From NCBI GenBank assembly GCA_016176525.1, contig JACOWZ010000003.1, positions 320,001-384,000 on the forward strand: DNA of 64,000 bases, written 5' to 3'. The notes beneath the pieces are model-generated. The model did no database searches. It was given only the letters and a program-made list of their open reading frames with translations, and was not told the DNA's origin. The position numbers and the translations under genes were made by a program. The first letter of the stretch is position 1. Each line of letters opens with the position of its first letter. The DNA is from Candidatus Colwellbacteria bacterium. Lineage in GTDB: Bacteria > Patescibacteriota > Minisyncoccia > UBA6257 > Colwellbacteraceae. Positions 27,592 through 36,765 of this stretch are shown piece by piece.

Positions 27592-28764
27592 TTACGCTGT
27601 TTGGCTGTTTTTCCATGCCTCGAATTGCGCATAGAACGAGTTTTTGTCCGTTCCAAAGGTTGCCTGGAAAGCTTCCTCTGGCGTGGCTCCATTTGTAACT
27701 TCCTCGCAAAGGGTTCTAACAGATATGGGGCCATGCGTGGCGTTCTCCATATTCATTGCGTAGTCCAGTGCAAGGTAGCCAATGTGGCCTGGCCAAACAC
27801 TAGATCCGTTTGCTTCCAGATCTCGCAGAGGGGTGTTCCACTGCTCGCCGTTGCCGGACTTGGCAGCCGACTCCATAAAGTCCATTACGTCTTTCTTGGT
27901 TAAGAATCCGTTCTCAACCACAGTGGCGTAGGTGACTTGTTCGGCAATGCCTTCGTCCCACAGCGACCCTCCGAGCTTTTGCAGGCAGCCAAGCGACCCT
28001 TGCCAAGAGTGCGCGAACTCGTGTATGACGATTTTTTCGCGCCGCGCTTCTGTCGGCCACTCATCCGATCCCTCTGTGTCTTTTGCCCAGTGAGGGTGGG
28101 TAACATCAAAGAAGATTCTTGATGCGCTCGCGGTGCAACATACATTGCTGCTTCCGTCGGCTACCACCCTGACTGTGATGTTGGCAAGAGCATTGTCCGA
28201 GATGCCTCCACCGAGTTCGCGGTCCAAGAAATCTTGTCCGTTGGTCAGACCACAGCGGATTATTACCAAATTTTCTTCTGGAACATCGGGCTCGACATCG
28301 AACTGCATCGCATTTGTTGTTTCGTTGTCGCACAATGCCTCGTGTTCGGGCTCTGGTTCCGGCTCTGGGCTCTGGCTCGGCGATGGGCTTGGGCTAGAGC
28401 TTGGTTCTGGACTCGGGCTCGGGCTTGGGCTCGGCGATGGACTTGGCGATGGACTCTGGCTCGGCGACGGACTTGGACTAGAGCTTGGCTCTGCCTCTGG
28501 TTCCGGCTCGGGAGTCGGACTTGGCGATGGGCTTCCACTTGGGCTAGGGCTTGGTTCCGGCTCCGGCTCGGATTCCGGTTCATATTCAGATTCCGGCTCT
28601 AGTTCGGGTTCAGGCTCTTTTTGTGGTGTCGCAGGTTTATCCGGCGGAACAGTTGGCTCCGGCGGAGGCTCTTTATATTCGGCAGCGTTTGTTGGGTTTA
28701 GCTCTACGCATCCAGCGTTTACTAGGCAAAAGAGGGCTACAACGAGTGTTGTTTTTGTGTACAC
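27592..28764 (-). CDS. secreted protein: signal peptide, long (SP)n/(EP)n linker, C-terminal HExxH zincin-like domain
   Basis: MYTKTTLVVALFCLVNAGC signal; SPSPSP/EPEPEP low complexity; KIVIHEFAHSWQGSLG. Confidence 0.5.
   Translation of the reverse strand: MYTKTTLVVALFCLVNAGCVELNPTNAAEYKEPPPEPTVPPDKPATPQKEPEPELEPESEYEPESEPEPEPSPSPSGSPSPSPTPEPEPEAEPSSSPSPSPSQSPSPSPSPSPSPSPSPEPSSSPSPSPSQSPEPEPEPEHEALCDNETTNAMQFDVEPDVPEENLVIIRCGLTNGQDFLDRELGGGISDNALANITVRVVADGSSNVCCTASASRIFFDVTHPHWAKDTEGSDEWPTEARREKIVIHEFAHSWQGSLGCLQKLGGSLWDEGIAEQVTYATVVENGFLTKKDVMDFMESAAKSGNGEQWNTPLRDLEANGSSVWPGHIGYLALDYAMNMENATHGPISVRTLCEEVTNGATPEEAFQATFGTDKNSFYAQFEAWKNSQTA
28330..28640. repeat. coding low-complexity tandem repeat (GGCTCNGG-type hexamers encoding SP/EP/SPSQ)
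   Basis: Direct reading of ggctctggctcgggct... iterations. Confidence 0.7.
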
Positions 28765-28837
28765 TTTACCTCACCTTTTTTGTTTGTAAGGAACAAGTCC
28801 TTCTACTTTTATATTTACCAGATTTTGGGATTTTGTC

Positions 28838-28945
28838 AAACGGCAATTTTTGTTGCCATGTGGCAATATTTTGTTGCCATGTGATTTTTGAAGTTTTGGT
28901 TTGAAATATTCAATATGCCAATCGGGTGGCGTATTGAATATTTCT
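28838..28945 (+). promoter_or_regulatory. candidate operator region upstream of RM operon: 21-bp direct repeat x2 plus perfect 13-bp inverted repeat
   Basis: GCAATTTTTGTTGCCATGTG / GCAATATTTTGTTGCCATGTG; GAAATATTCAATA-N16-TATTGAATATTTC. Confidence 0.4.
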
Positions 28946-29015
28946 AAGGCGTTTTACGGTCATTTCCGTTATGTTAGAAAATCCCTAAAATAGGTCAGGA
29001 TTTGGGGTATAATAT

Positions 29016-31853
29016 ATGGTATCCATGAATAAAGAACAAAAATTTTACAGCATTTTGAAGGACTTGTTTGTCGGCGCTAAATTGGAAGGCGATAGCGGGT
29101 ATGTCAATTTGATGAATATCAAGACGGATTATTTTAATAAAATCCGAGAGAGAATAAAAAAGGAAGTGAAAGCCACATTTGGCGAAGACCAGCCGGAAGA
29201 TCTCTTTGATAAACTTTATACATTTTTTGACTCTTATTTTTCCGATGGTGGAGCAATTTTCTTTTCCTCAACGCCAGTTTATAAAAATATTTACGCCAAA
29301 GTATATTCCGACCGCGAGGATACGGCTTTATTTTGGAAAACCGCAAAGTTGTATTATGTAAAATCCGAAGCAAATTATAAAACGATAGAAAACTTATCAA
29401 TTGATTCTGATCCAGAAATTGCTTTTGATTTTGCCTTTGACGCTTCGTTTTTAAAACACAAGCAAGCCAATGAGAAAAAAGAGCTGGAATTTTATTTTAT
29501 CGGCACACAAAAGAGGGGCGGGAAAAAGATTGTCAAATTCCGCGTTCTTTATAAAAACGATAATAAATACACAAAACTTCAAGAAATTTTAAAAATCAAA
29601 GACAAAGCCAAAATCATTAAACATCTTTTGGAGAATATAGAAAAATTAAAAAACTCTAAAATCGTTTTATTAAATTCCGGCTTTGATTTTTCCAAATCGA
29701 GCGATAAAGGAGCGAGAGATAAAGCCAAAGTGGAATTTATCGTTTCAGATAATAAGGATTTGAAGGGAAGTGTATCAATTGAACCGACAATTTCAGAAAC
29801 TGGAGAAATTGAAAAATATTTAAAGTTGAAAAGTATAAATTTAAGCTCGGAAGAAATAGAAAAAGCGTTTAAAATTTATAAAAGGCAAACTGAAATTGAT
29901 TATTTTATCCATAAAGACGCGAAAGGATTTTTGCGCGAGCAGTTTGACTTATACATGTACCAGCATTTGGCGGGCAGTATGGATACTGTTTTTAATCAAG
30001 AATCGCTGGATAGAATAAAGAAAATAAAAGACATCGCACATTTGACGATTGATTTTATCGGAAATTTTGAAGATGAGCTAAAAAAGATTTGGTTGAAACC
30101 GAAATTTGCCAGAAATTCCAATTATGTCTTGACGCTGGATAGAATTGCCGACAAAAAAGGCGGCTTGGAAATTATCGTCAAAATTTTGAAATTTAAAGGA
30201 TTTAATAATCAATTTGCCGAATGGCTAGAGCTTGGAATTGTTGATAAAAAATTTAATCCGAAAGAAATCATAAAGAACGAGAAGCTAAATAAAGATTGGC
30301 AATTTTTACCGATTGATACAAAGCATTTTAAGGATTTGGAGATTGAAGTTATCGGCCTTTTTGATAATTTGGACGAAGCGTTGGACGGACGGCTTATAAA
30401 ATCTGACAATTTCCAAGTATTAAACACACTCTTACCGAAATACAAAGAGCAAGTACAGACAATTTACATTGATCCACCGTTCAATACCGGAAAAGATTTT
30501 GATTTCGTTGATACTTTTCAGGATTCAACATGGCTAACTTTAATGGATAATCGAATAGAATTTTCAAAGTCATTTTTGAAAGATGAGGGGAATTTTTATC
30601 TTCACCTCGATCATATCGCTGAACACTATGCAAAAATACTTTTGGATAAAAATTTTGGACCAGATAATTTTAAAGCAAAAATTACATGGAATACTGGCGA
30701 TAACATTTCAGGCTTCAAATCCCAAGCATTAAACTGGATTCGACAAGCTGATTTTATTCATTTTTATTCAAAAAGTGAGAAATATCTTTTTTACAAGACT
30801 TACGAATTATTAATAAAGTCAAATGCTTTTGGTTGGTTAGATATTTTAGGGAAAGACAAAGATAACCTGTTTATAGAAAAATGGGTTAATGGCGTTTTTG
30901 AGAGAATTAAAGTTGATAAAAAAGTTAAAGCCAAGGGTACAATTTGGAATGACATTTATTCTTTTCAATACTCCGAGCCGCGAATTACTGAAAGTTTGTC
31001 TTTTGTTAGTAATCAAAAACCAGAAAATTTAATCAGGAGAATTGTGCAGGCATCTTCAGAGCCAAAGGATATGGTCTTTGACTTTTTTGTCGGAAGCGGA
31101 ACCACTTGTGCTGTATGTCAAAAAATAAATAGAAAATGGATCGGTGTAGAAATGGGTGATTTTTTCAATGAAATTTATTTAGATGAAGTTGAGATAAATA
31201 AGAATGGTAGTACTAAAACTTCTGCAGAAGAAAAGGGAGAAGAAAATATTGAAAAAATAGATATAAAAAATAACCCAGCGATAGTTAAAATTTTGTCGGA
31301 AACAAAATCAAAAGCTAAAGTTGTTATGAAAAAGATAGGTGTATTAGGTAGGATGAAAATAGTTTTGAAGGGAGATAAAGAGTTTAAAGCTATACATAGC
31401 CCAGTTATTAGAAAACCTCATTTGTCAAAAGACATGAATTGGCAGGGTGGCGGATTTTTCAAGTATTATGAATTAGAGCAATACGAAGATGTCTTGAAGC
31501 GCGCAAACTATAATCCAACTGAAAAAGAATTACAAAAGATTGATTTTGATTTTTCCGCCTTGGAAAATGGAGCAAAAGCGGAAAGGAAAAAACAAATTGA
31601 CGAGGTTTTTTCTTTGTCAGAAAAACTGGCGGATAAGGGATTGGAAATTGATTTAAAAAAAGAGAAAGCGCGATTTGTTTTTGAAAAGTTATATCCCGAT
31701 GTTGATATTGCCGAAACCATTTCCAATCTTTTTGGCAAAAAAATCAAAAAAATCAGCAAAGACAAAATTATCTTTGAAGATGATTCAGAAATTGATTTAA
31801 ACAATCTTGATTTTGCGAAATACGCTCCGCTGAAAAAACTTATTTATTGGTAG
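29016..31853 (+). CDS. mod: DNA N6-adenine/N4-cytosine methyltransferase, beta-class (Type III Mod-like) with long N- and C-terminal extensions
   Basis: Motif IV IYIDPPFNTGKDFDF (aa ~487) precedes motif I VFDFFVGSGTTCAV (aa ~700). TATAAT lies 2 nt before the first ATG, so the second ATG (29025) may be the real leaderless start. Confidence 0.75.
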   Translation: MVSMNKEQKFYSILKDLFVGAKLEGDSGYVNLMNIKTDYFNKIRERIKKEVKATFGEDQPEDLFDKLYTFFDSYFSDGGAIFFSSTPVYKNIYAKVYSDREDTALFWKTAKLYYVKSEANYKTIENLSIDSDPEIAFDFAFDASFLKHKQANEKKELEFYFIGTQKRGGKKIVKFRVLYKNDNKYTKLQEILKIKDKAKIIKHLLENIEKLKNSKIVLLNSGFDFSKSSDKGARDKAKVEFIVSDNKDLKGSVSIEPTISETGEIEKYLKLKSINLSSEEIEKAFKIYKRQTEIDYFIHKDAKGFLREQFDLYMYQHLAGSMDTVFNQESLDRIKKIKDIAHLTIDFIGNFEDELKKIWLKPKFARNSNYVLTLDRIADKKGGLEIIVKILKFKGFNNQFAEWLELGIVDKKFNPKEIIKNEKLNKDWQFLPIDTKHFKDLEIEVIGLFDNLDEALDGRLIKSDNFQVLNTLLPKYKEQVQTIYIDPPFNTGKDFDFVDTFQDSTWLTLMDNRIEFSKSFLKDEGNFYLHLDHIAEHYAKILLDKNFGPDNFKAKITWNTGDNISGFKSQALNWIRQADFIHFYSKSEKYLFYKTYELLIKSNAFGWLDILGKDKDNLFIEKWVNGVFERIKVDKKVKAKGTIWNDIYSFQYSEPRITESLSFVSNQKPENLIRRIVQASSEPKDMVFDFFVGSGTTCAVCQKINRKWIGVEMGDFFNEIYLDEVEINKNGSTKTSAEEKGEENIEKIDIKNNPAIVKILSETKSKAKVVMKKIGVLGRMKIVLKGDKEFKAIHSPVIRKPHLSKDMNWQGGGFFKYYELEQYEDVLKRANYNPTEKELQKIDFDFSALENGAKAERKKQIDEVFSLSEKLADKGLEIDLKKEKARFVFEKLYPDVDIAETISNLFGKKIKKISKDKIIFEDDSEIDLNNLDFAKYAPLKKLIYW

Positions 31854-31856
31854 TTT

Positions 31857-34763
31857 ATGATAATCTTACAAAAAATAATTGAAAATAAGCAGGAAAACTT
31901 GGATGTTCCCCAAGAATGGATTTACCGAGATTTAAGTAAATTCGGTTTGGATTGGGAGCTCTTTCCGTACCAAAAAAAGGCGTTAGAAAATATAACTGCC
32001 GTCTTGTATTTGCTTTACAAAGATTTCAAGCAAAATAATGACTCGGCTTTAGGTAGAAGCAAACAAGAATTTTTGCAGTTGTATCGTGATTTCGGTTTAA
32101 CGCAAGAATTAAATGATCAGCTTGATATTAAAGAAGAAAACGAAAATTTTAAATTTTTATCAAACTATTTCCCAGCCGGCACTCGCATTTCATTTCAAAG
32201 TTTTATAAACCGCGCCGCCTTTTGGATGGCGACCGGAAGTGGCAAGACTTTGGTTATGGTAAAACTTTTGGCGATTCTATCCGATTTAATGAATAAAAAT
32301 TTAATTCCGCACAAGGATATTTTAATTTTGGCTCCGAAAGACGAAATTTTATCCCAAATTAAAGAGCATATAAACAAATTCAATAAGGGTGCGGAAATAA
32401 CAATAAACCTTAGGAATTTGAAGGAGTGGGAAAAAATAAAAAATCAACAGGATATTTTCAATAAGAGTGAAATCAATGTTTTTTATTATCGGGCGGACAA
32501 TATAGCCGACAAAGAAACGATCGCAAAGAAATTAAACGGTTCAAGAATAAATTACGAAAGCATTTATAACAACGGAAATTGGTATTTGATTTTGGACGAA
32601 GCGCATAAAGGAGAAAAAGAAACTTCAAAAAGACAGCAATATTTTATGGCACTTACACAAAACGGATTTTTGTTTAATTTTTCTGCTACTTTTACAGACG
32701 ACTTGGATATTGCCACGACAGTTTTTGACTATAAGCTGGATACCTTTTTGAAAGAGGGCTACGGAAAAAAATTATATATTGCCGATTCCGATTTTAGGAA
32801 TTTTAATGAAGGGATGGACGATGATTTTTCAACAAATGAAAAGAAAGATATTATTGCCCAAACTTTGATTATTTTTGCTTTGGCTAAGGAGCATTTTCAT
32901 AAAATGCAAACGATAAGAAAAAATTTATACCACGCCCCCCTCTTGATAACTTTGGCTAATAGCGTCAATACGGAAGAAGCGGACTTAAAAATTTTCTATA
33001 AACTTTTAGCCGAGATTGCACGAGGAAAATTCAATTTTGAGGCGGCAAAAAACAATTTAGTCGCAAAGTTAGAAAATAACAAAGGTTATTTATTCGGACT
33101 TGGCGATATAGATCAAAATTTAATTTCTGAAATCAGGAATTTGAAAAAAGCAAACTTTTTTAAAGCAGTTTTTAATTCGGGAAATCAGGGCAATATAGAG
33201 ATAGTGAAATTCAGAGATAATTCAAGGGAGCTTGCTTTCAAGTTGGTTGGCGCAAGTAAATATTTTATGCTTATTGTCGCGAGCGATATTATCAAATGGG
33301 AAAGTAATGTTTTGGAGGGATACGAATTCGGGCGAGTTATTGGAGAAAGTTTTTTTGACGACATAAACAAAAGAAATGACATAAATATTTTGCTCGGAAG
33401 CCGAATCTTTACAGAGGGTTGGGACACAAACCGCCCTAATGTGATTAACTTTATCAATATTGGCGTAAGCGATGACGCAAAAAAATTTGTTTTACAATCA
33501 ATTGGACGTGGCGTAAGAATTGAGCCGACTATCAATCAAAGAAAAAGATTTGAATATTTAGATAATTTGCTTTTTTCAAATTCAGAGGTTGAAAAGATTA
33601 AAAAAGAAAACAATATTTTGGAAAGTTTGTTTGTTTTCGCCACCAATAAAGAAGTGGTAAAAAATATTCTGGAAGGATTGGAAAAACAGGCCAATCCGGA
33701 TTGGATCCAGATAGAAGGAATAAAGAAAAATGAGGGAATAAATGAAAAAGAACTGCCGATTTTCGTACCATTTTTTGAAGACGGCGGAGTAAATAATAAG
33801 CCATTTTGGATTGGGACAAATGAATATGGCGAACTATCTCAACTCGTTCAAAAGAACGGCCCAAAAGTGCTTTTATTGAAGCAAGGGGTAAAATTGAGAA
33901 CTTTCAATAAAATAAGCAATAAAGACAATTTTAAGACCGGAGAAAGAAGAAGAAAGAAATCAATTGAGAGCATTCTGTTTATTTCAGATAACTACTTCAA
34001 CGAGAATGTAAGAAAATTAAGTGGAGTAAAAATTTTAGACGGCGAAATTTTGCATTACAAAGAGGTCAAAACAAACATTGATAAAACCGAAGTTGAGAGA
34101 TTGGAAAAAGACATTTTGAAAATTATCAAACCAAGATTGACTGAAAAAGAAATAGATAAAATGTTTGATGAGGGAAAAATTGACAGAAATAAATATAAAG
34201 AATTGATAAAAGATGTCGCTGACAGTAAAAATCTGGATATTTTGAGAAATTATTTAGATTTTGAAATTTTAGAGGAGCATTACTATACTCCGATTTTGTT
34301 CAAACAAGATACAGAGCGGTTTCAGCACATTATAAAAAAGCAGAGCGAAATTGATTTTTTGCACGCCCTGAAAGAATATTTAACACAAGATAATAATCTA
34401 CTGAAAAATTTTGATTGGTGGTATTTTTCAAAAATTGACGAAACGATAGACAGGGTTGGTATTCCTTATTTTAATTCGGAAAGAAGCCAATACGATAATT
34501 TTTATCCGGATTTTATCTTTTGGCTTAAAAAAGGCAATAAATATTACCTAAAGTTTATTGATCCTCACGGCGTTGAATATACGACTAACTCTGCCGACAA
34601 GATTGACGGCTTCATTGATTTTATGGATGATTTAGATAAGATTGGAAACAAGAAACTTGAAAAAGTTGATTTGTATTATTTCAACGAGCAACAGCCGAGC
34701 AGAGAAATAAAAGAAGAATACAGAAGATATTGGACGAATGATTTTACTAAAATTTTTGTTTAA
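31857..34763 (+). CDS. res: Type III restriction enzyme Res-like SF2 helicase with C-terminal PD-(D/E)xK-like region
   Basis: FWMATGSGKTLV (Walker A), LILDEAHKG (DEAH), FTEGWDTNRP, QSIGRGVRIEP (motif VI); C-terminal YPDFIFWLKKG..YLKFIDPHG. Confidence 0.75.
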   Translation: MIILQKIIENKQENLDVPQEWIYRDLSKFGLDWELFPYQKKALENITAVLYLLYKDFKQNNDSALGRSKQEFLQLYRDFGLTQELNDQLDIKEENENFKFLSNYFPAGTRISFQSFINRAAFWMATGSGKTLVMVKLLAILSDLMNKNLIPHKDILILAPKDEILSQIKEHINKFNKGAEITINLRNLKEWEKIKNQQDIFNKSEINVFYYRADNIADKETIAKKLNGSRINYESIYNNGNWYLILDEAHKGEKETSKRQQYFMALTQNGFLFNFSATFTDDLDIATTVFDYKLDTFLKEGYGKKLYIADSDFRNFNEGMDDDFSTNEKKDIIAQTLIIFALAKEHFHKMQTIRKNLYHAPLLITLANSVNTEEADLKIFYKLLAEIARGKFNFEAAKNNLVAKLENNKGYLFGLGDIDQNLISEIRNLKKANFFKAVFNSGNQGNIEIVKFRDNSRELAFKLVGASKYFMLIVASDIIKWESNVLEGYEFGRVIGESFFDDINKRNDINILLGSRIFTEGWDTNRPNVINFINIGVSDDAKKFVLQSIGRGVRIEPTINQRKRFEYLDNLLFSNSEVEKIKKENNILESLFVFATNKEVVKNILEGLEKQANPDWIQIEGIKKNEGINEKELPIFVPFFEDGGVNNKPFWIGTNEYGELSQLVQKNGPKVLLLKQGVKLRTFNKISNKDNFKTGERRRKKSIESILFISDNYFNENVRKLSGVKILDGEILHYKEVKTNIDKTEVERLEKDILKIIKPRLTEKEIDKMFDEGKIDRNKYKELIKDVADSKNLDILRNYLDFEILEEHYYTPILFKQDTERFQHIIKKQSEIDFLHALKEYLTQDNNLLKNFDWWYFSKIDETIDRVGIPYFNSERSQYDNFYPDFIFWLKKGNKYYLKFIDPHGVEYTTNSADKIDGFIDFMDDLDKIGNKKLEKVDLYYFNEQQPSREIKEEYRRYWTNDFTKIFV

Positions 34764-34781
34764 AGAAGATAATATAGGATT

Positions 34782-35087
34782 TTGACCCAGATAATTTTAA
34801 TTATTATAAGCATCGCTATCGTAATTTTATTACTACATAGGAGAAGTAGAGAAAGTATTGTCGGAATTTGTGCCGTGGCGCTGGATCAGACGATTCGCAA
34901 GAATGCGAACAAAGAGAAAATCCTTAAGCTTCTTACGAATAAGGAAATGGTGTCAAATTCAGACATTCGTGAGGCGTTGGGGATTGCGAGTAGAACGGTT
35001 GTTAGGTATATGGATGAGTTGGAGAAAGAAGATAAAGTAGAGCAAGTCGGCACTATAGGTCACCAAGTAACTTACAGGTTAAAGTAG
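34782..35087 (+). CDS. membrane-anchored winged-helix (DeoR/MarR-like HTH) protein
   Basis: N-terminal TM IILIIISIAIVILLL; NSDIREALGIASRTVVRYMDELEKEDKVEQVG HTH. Confidence 0.5.
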   Translation: MTQIILIIISIAIVILLLHRRSRESIVGICAVALDQTIRKNANKEKILKLLTNKEMVSNSDIREALGIASRTVVRYMDELEKEDKVEQVGTIGHQVTYRLK

Positions 35088-35090
35088 AGG

Positions 35091-35126
35091 CAATGCGCCA
35101 CTCAGGTGGCGCATTGAGAACTTTAT
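35091..35126 (+). terminator. rho-independent terminator
   Basis: CAATGCGCCAC-TCAG-GTGGCGCATTG perfect hairpin followed by AGAACTTTATT. Confidence 0.55.
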
Positions 35127-35154
35127 TAGCTTTGAGCATGCTACAATATAAAGC

Positions 35155-36627
35155 ATGAAATCGGATGAATTATCAGAGCGTGAATCCCGCATAAAAAAGC
35201 GCGAGGAGCTTATAAAAGCAGGGGTTAATCCATATCCATATAGTTTCGCACGCACGCACGAAGTTGCGGATATTGTTGCCAACCAAAAGCAATTTGTCGA
35301 GAATCAAGAAAATGTGAGTGTTTGCGGCAAGGTTTATGCGGTGCGCGAGCATGGCGGCTCCATTTTTTACACACTCGCGGACGAGAGTGGCAAAATTCAG
35401 CTCTATGCAAAGCGGGATGATTTGGGCGAGAAAAAGTTTGATCTGTTAAAAGACTATATCGGCATTGGCGATTTTTTGGGTGCAGAAGGCGAGGTGTTTT
35501 ACACAAAAAAGGGTGAGTTGAGCGTTAAGCTAAAAAGTTTTGAGCTTTTAGCAAAGGCATTGATGCCCTTGCCCAGCGAATGGTATGGCATAAAAGACAC
35601 AGAAAAAAGATTCCGCCAGAGGTATTTGGATATTCTTTTAAACGAAGATGTTAAAGATAGATTTATTAAACGCGTAAAGATAGTGGATGCAATACGCGGT
35701 TTTTTACGGGAGAAAAAGTTTTTGGAGCTGGAAACCCCGATTTTGCAGCCAATCTACGGCGGCGCGCGCGCAAAGCCGTTTACAACCCGCTACGAATCCC
35801 TTAAGCGCGATTTTTACCTGCGAATTTCAGACGAGCTCTACCTTAAGCGCGCGCTTATTGCCAACTTTGAGCGAGTGTTTGAATTCAGCAGAGATTTTAG
35901 AAACGAGGGCATTGATGCCTCGCACAACCCCGAGTTTACGATGATAGAAATTTACCAGGCTTATGTTGATTACGAGTACGTAATGGCCTCTACCAGAGAG
36001 CTGTTGCTTGAGGCAAACCTCGCGGCTGGCAATGGCGAAAAAATAAAATGGGGAGATAAAGAAATTAATTTGAATGGCAAGTGGCCTACAGCAACTATGG
36101 GCGATTTACTAAAAAAACATACCGGTGAGGATTTAATAAACGCCTCGCAGGAGGAGCTTGCAAAATACGCGCGCAAAGAAAAACTGGATGTGCCTAAAAA
36201 AGCTTCGTGGGGGATGCTCGTTGACGAGATTTTTAAGGATAAAGTTGAGCCGCACTTGGTAGACCCTATATTTGTTGTTGACTACCCGCTAGATATCTCG
36301 CCACTTGCAAAAACGCATCGTAAAAACGAGAAGCTTACAGAAAGATTTGAGCTCTACATAGGCGGCAAAGAGATTGCAAACGGCTTTAGCGAGCTAAACG
36401 ACCCGGTTGAGCAAAGGCGCAGATGGGAGATGGAGCGCAAAAATCTAAAGAGCGGCGATGAAGAGGCGCACCCGATGGACGAAGACTTTTTGCTCGCGCA
36501 AGAGTATGGCATGCCGCCGGCAGGGGGCGTGGGCATAGGCATAGACCGGCTTGTAATGCTCTTAACAAACGCAACAAACATTCGCGAGGTTATAATGTTT
36601 CCGCAATTGAAAACTAAAGAAAAATAA
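35155..36627 (+). CDS. lysS: lysyl-tRNA synthetase, class II
   Basis: OB-fold N-terminus, FRNEGIDASHNPEFTMIEIYQAY (motif 2 region), FELYIGGKEIANGFSELNDP, GGVGIGIDRLVML (motif 3). Confidence 0.9.
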   Translation: MKSDELSERESRIKKREELIKAGVNPYPYSFARTHEVADIVANQKQFVENQENVSVCGKVYAVREHGGSIFYTLADESGKIQLYAKRDDLGEKKFDLLKDYIGIGDFLGAEGEVFYTKKGELSVKLKSFELLAKALMPLPSEWYGIKDTEKRFRQRYLDILLNEDVKDRFIKRVKIVDAIRGFLREKKFLELETPILQPIYGGARAKPFTTRYESLKRDFYLRISDELYLKRALIANFERVFEFSRDFRNEGIDASHNPEFTMIEIYQAYVDYEYVMASTRELLLEANLAAGNGEKIKWGDKEINLNGKWPTATMGDLLKKHTGEDLINASQEELAKYARKEKLDVPKKASWGMLVDEIFKDKVEPHLVDPIFVVDYPLDISPLAKTHRKNEKLTERFELYIGGKEIANGFSELNDPVEQRRRWEMERKNLKSGDEEAHPMDEDFLLAQEYGMPPAGGVGIGIDRLVMLLTNATNIREVIMFPQLKTKEK

Positions 36628-36765
36628 GATGGACAAAAAATCTAAAATATTAATTTGGGTTTTTGCGGCGTTTGTTGCCCTATCCGCATCTTTTGCCTTT
36701 TATAGATTTATAGTGTTACAGGATTTTCCGATACACACAGATGAAGAAGCTTTTATAGAATCTCT

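Noticed and set aside
28133-28904. Plus-strand ORFs 28133-28789, 28234-28602, 28551-28904 and possible CRISPR-like periodicity
   Set aside because: They lie on the opposite strand of the (SP)n hexamer repeat of the secreted protein. The repeats have no unique spacers and are contiguous coding low-complexity, so this is not a CRISPR array.
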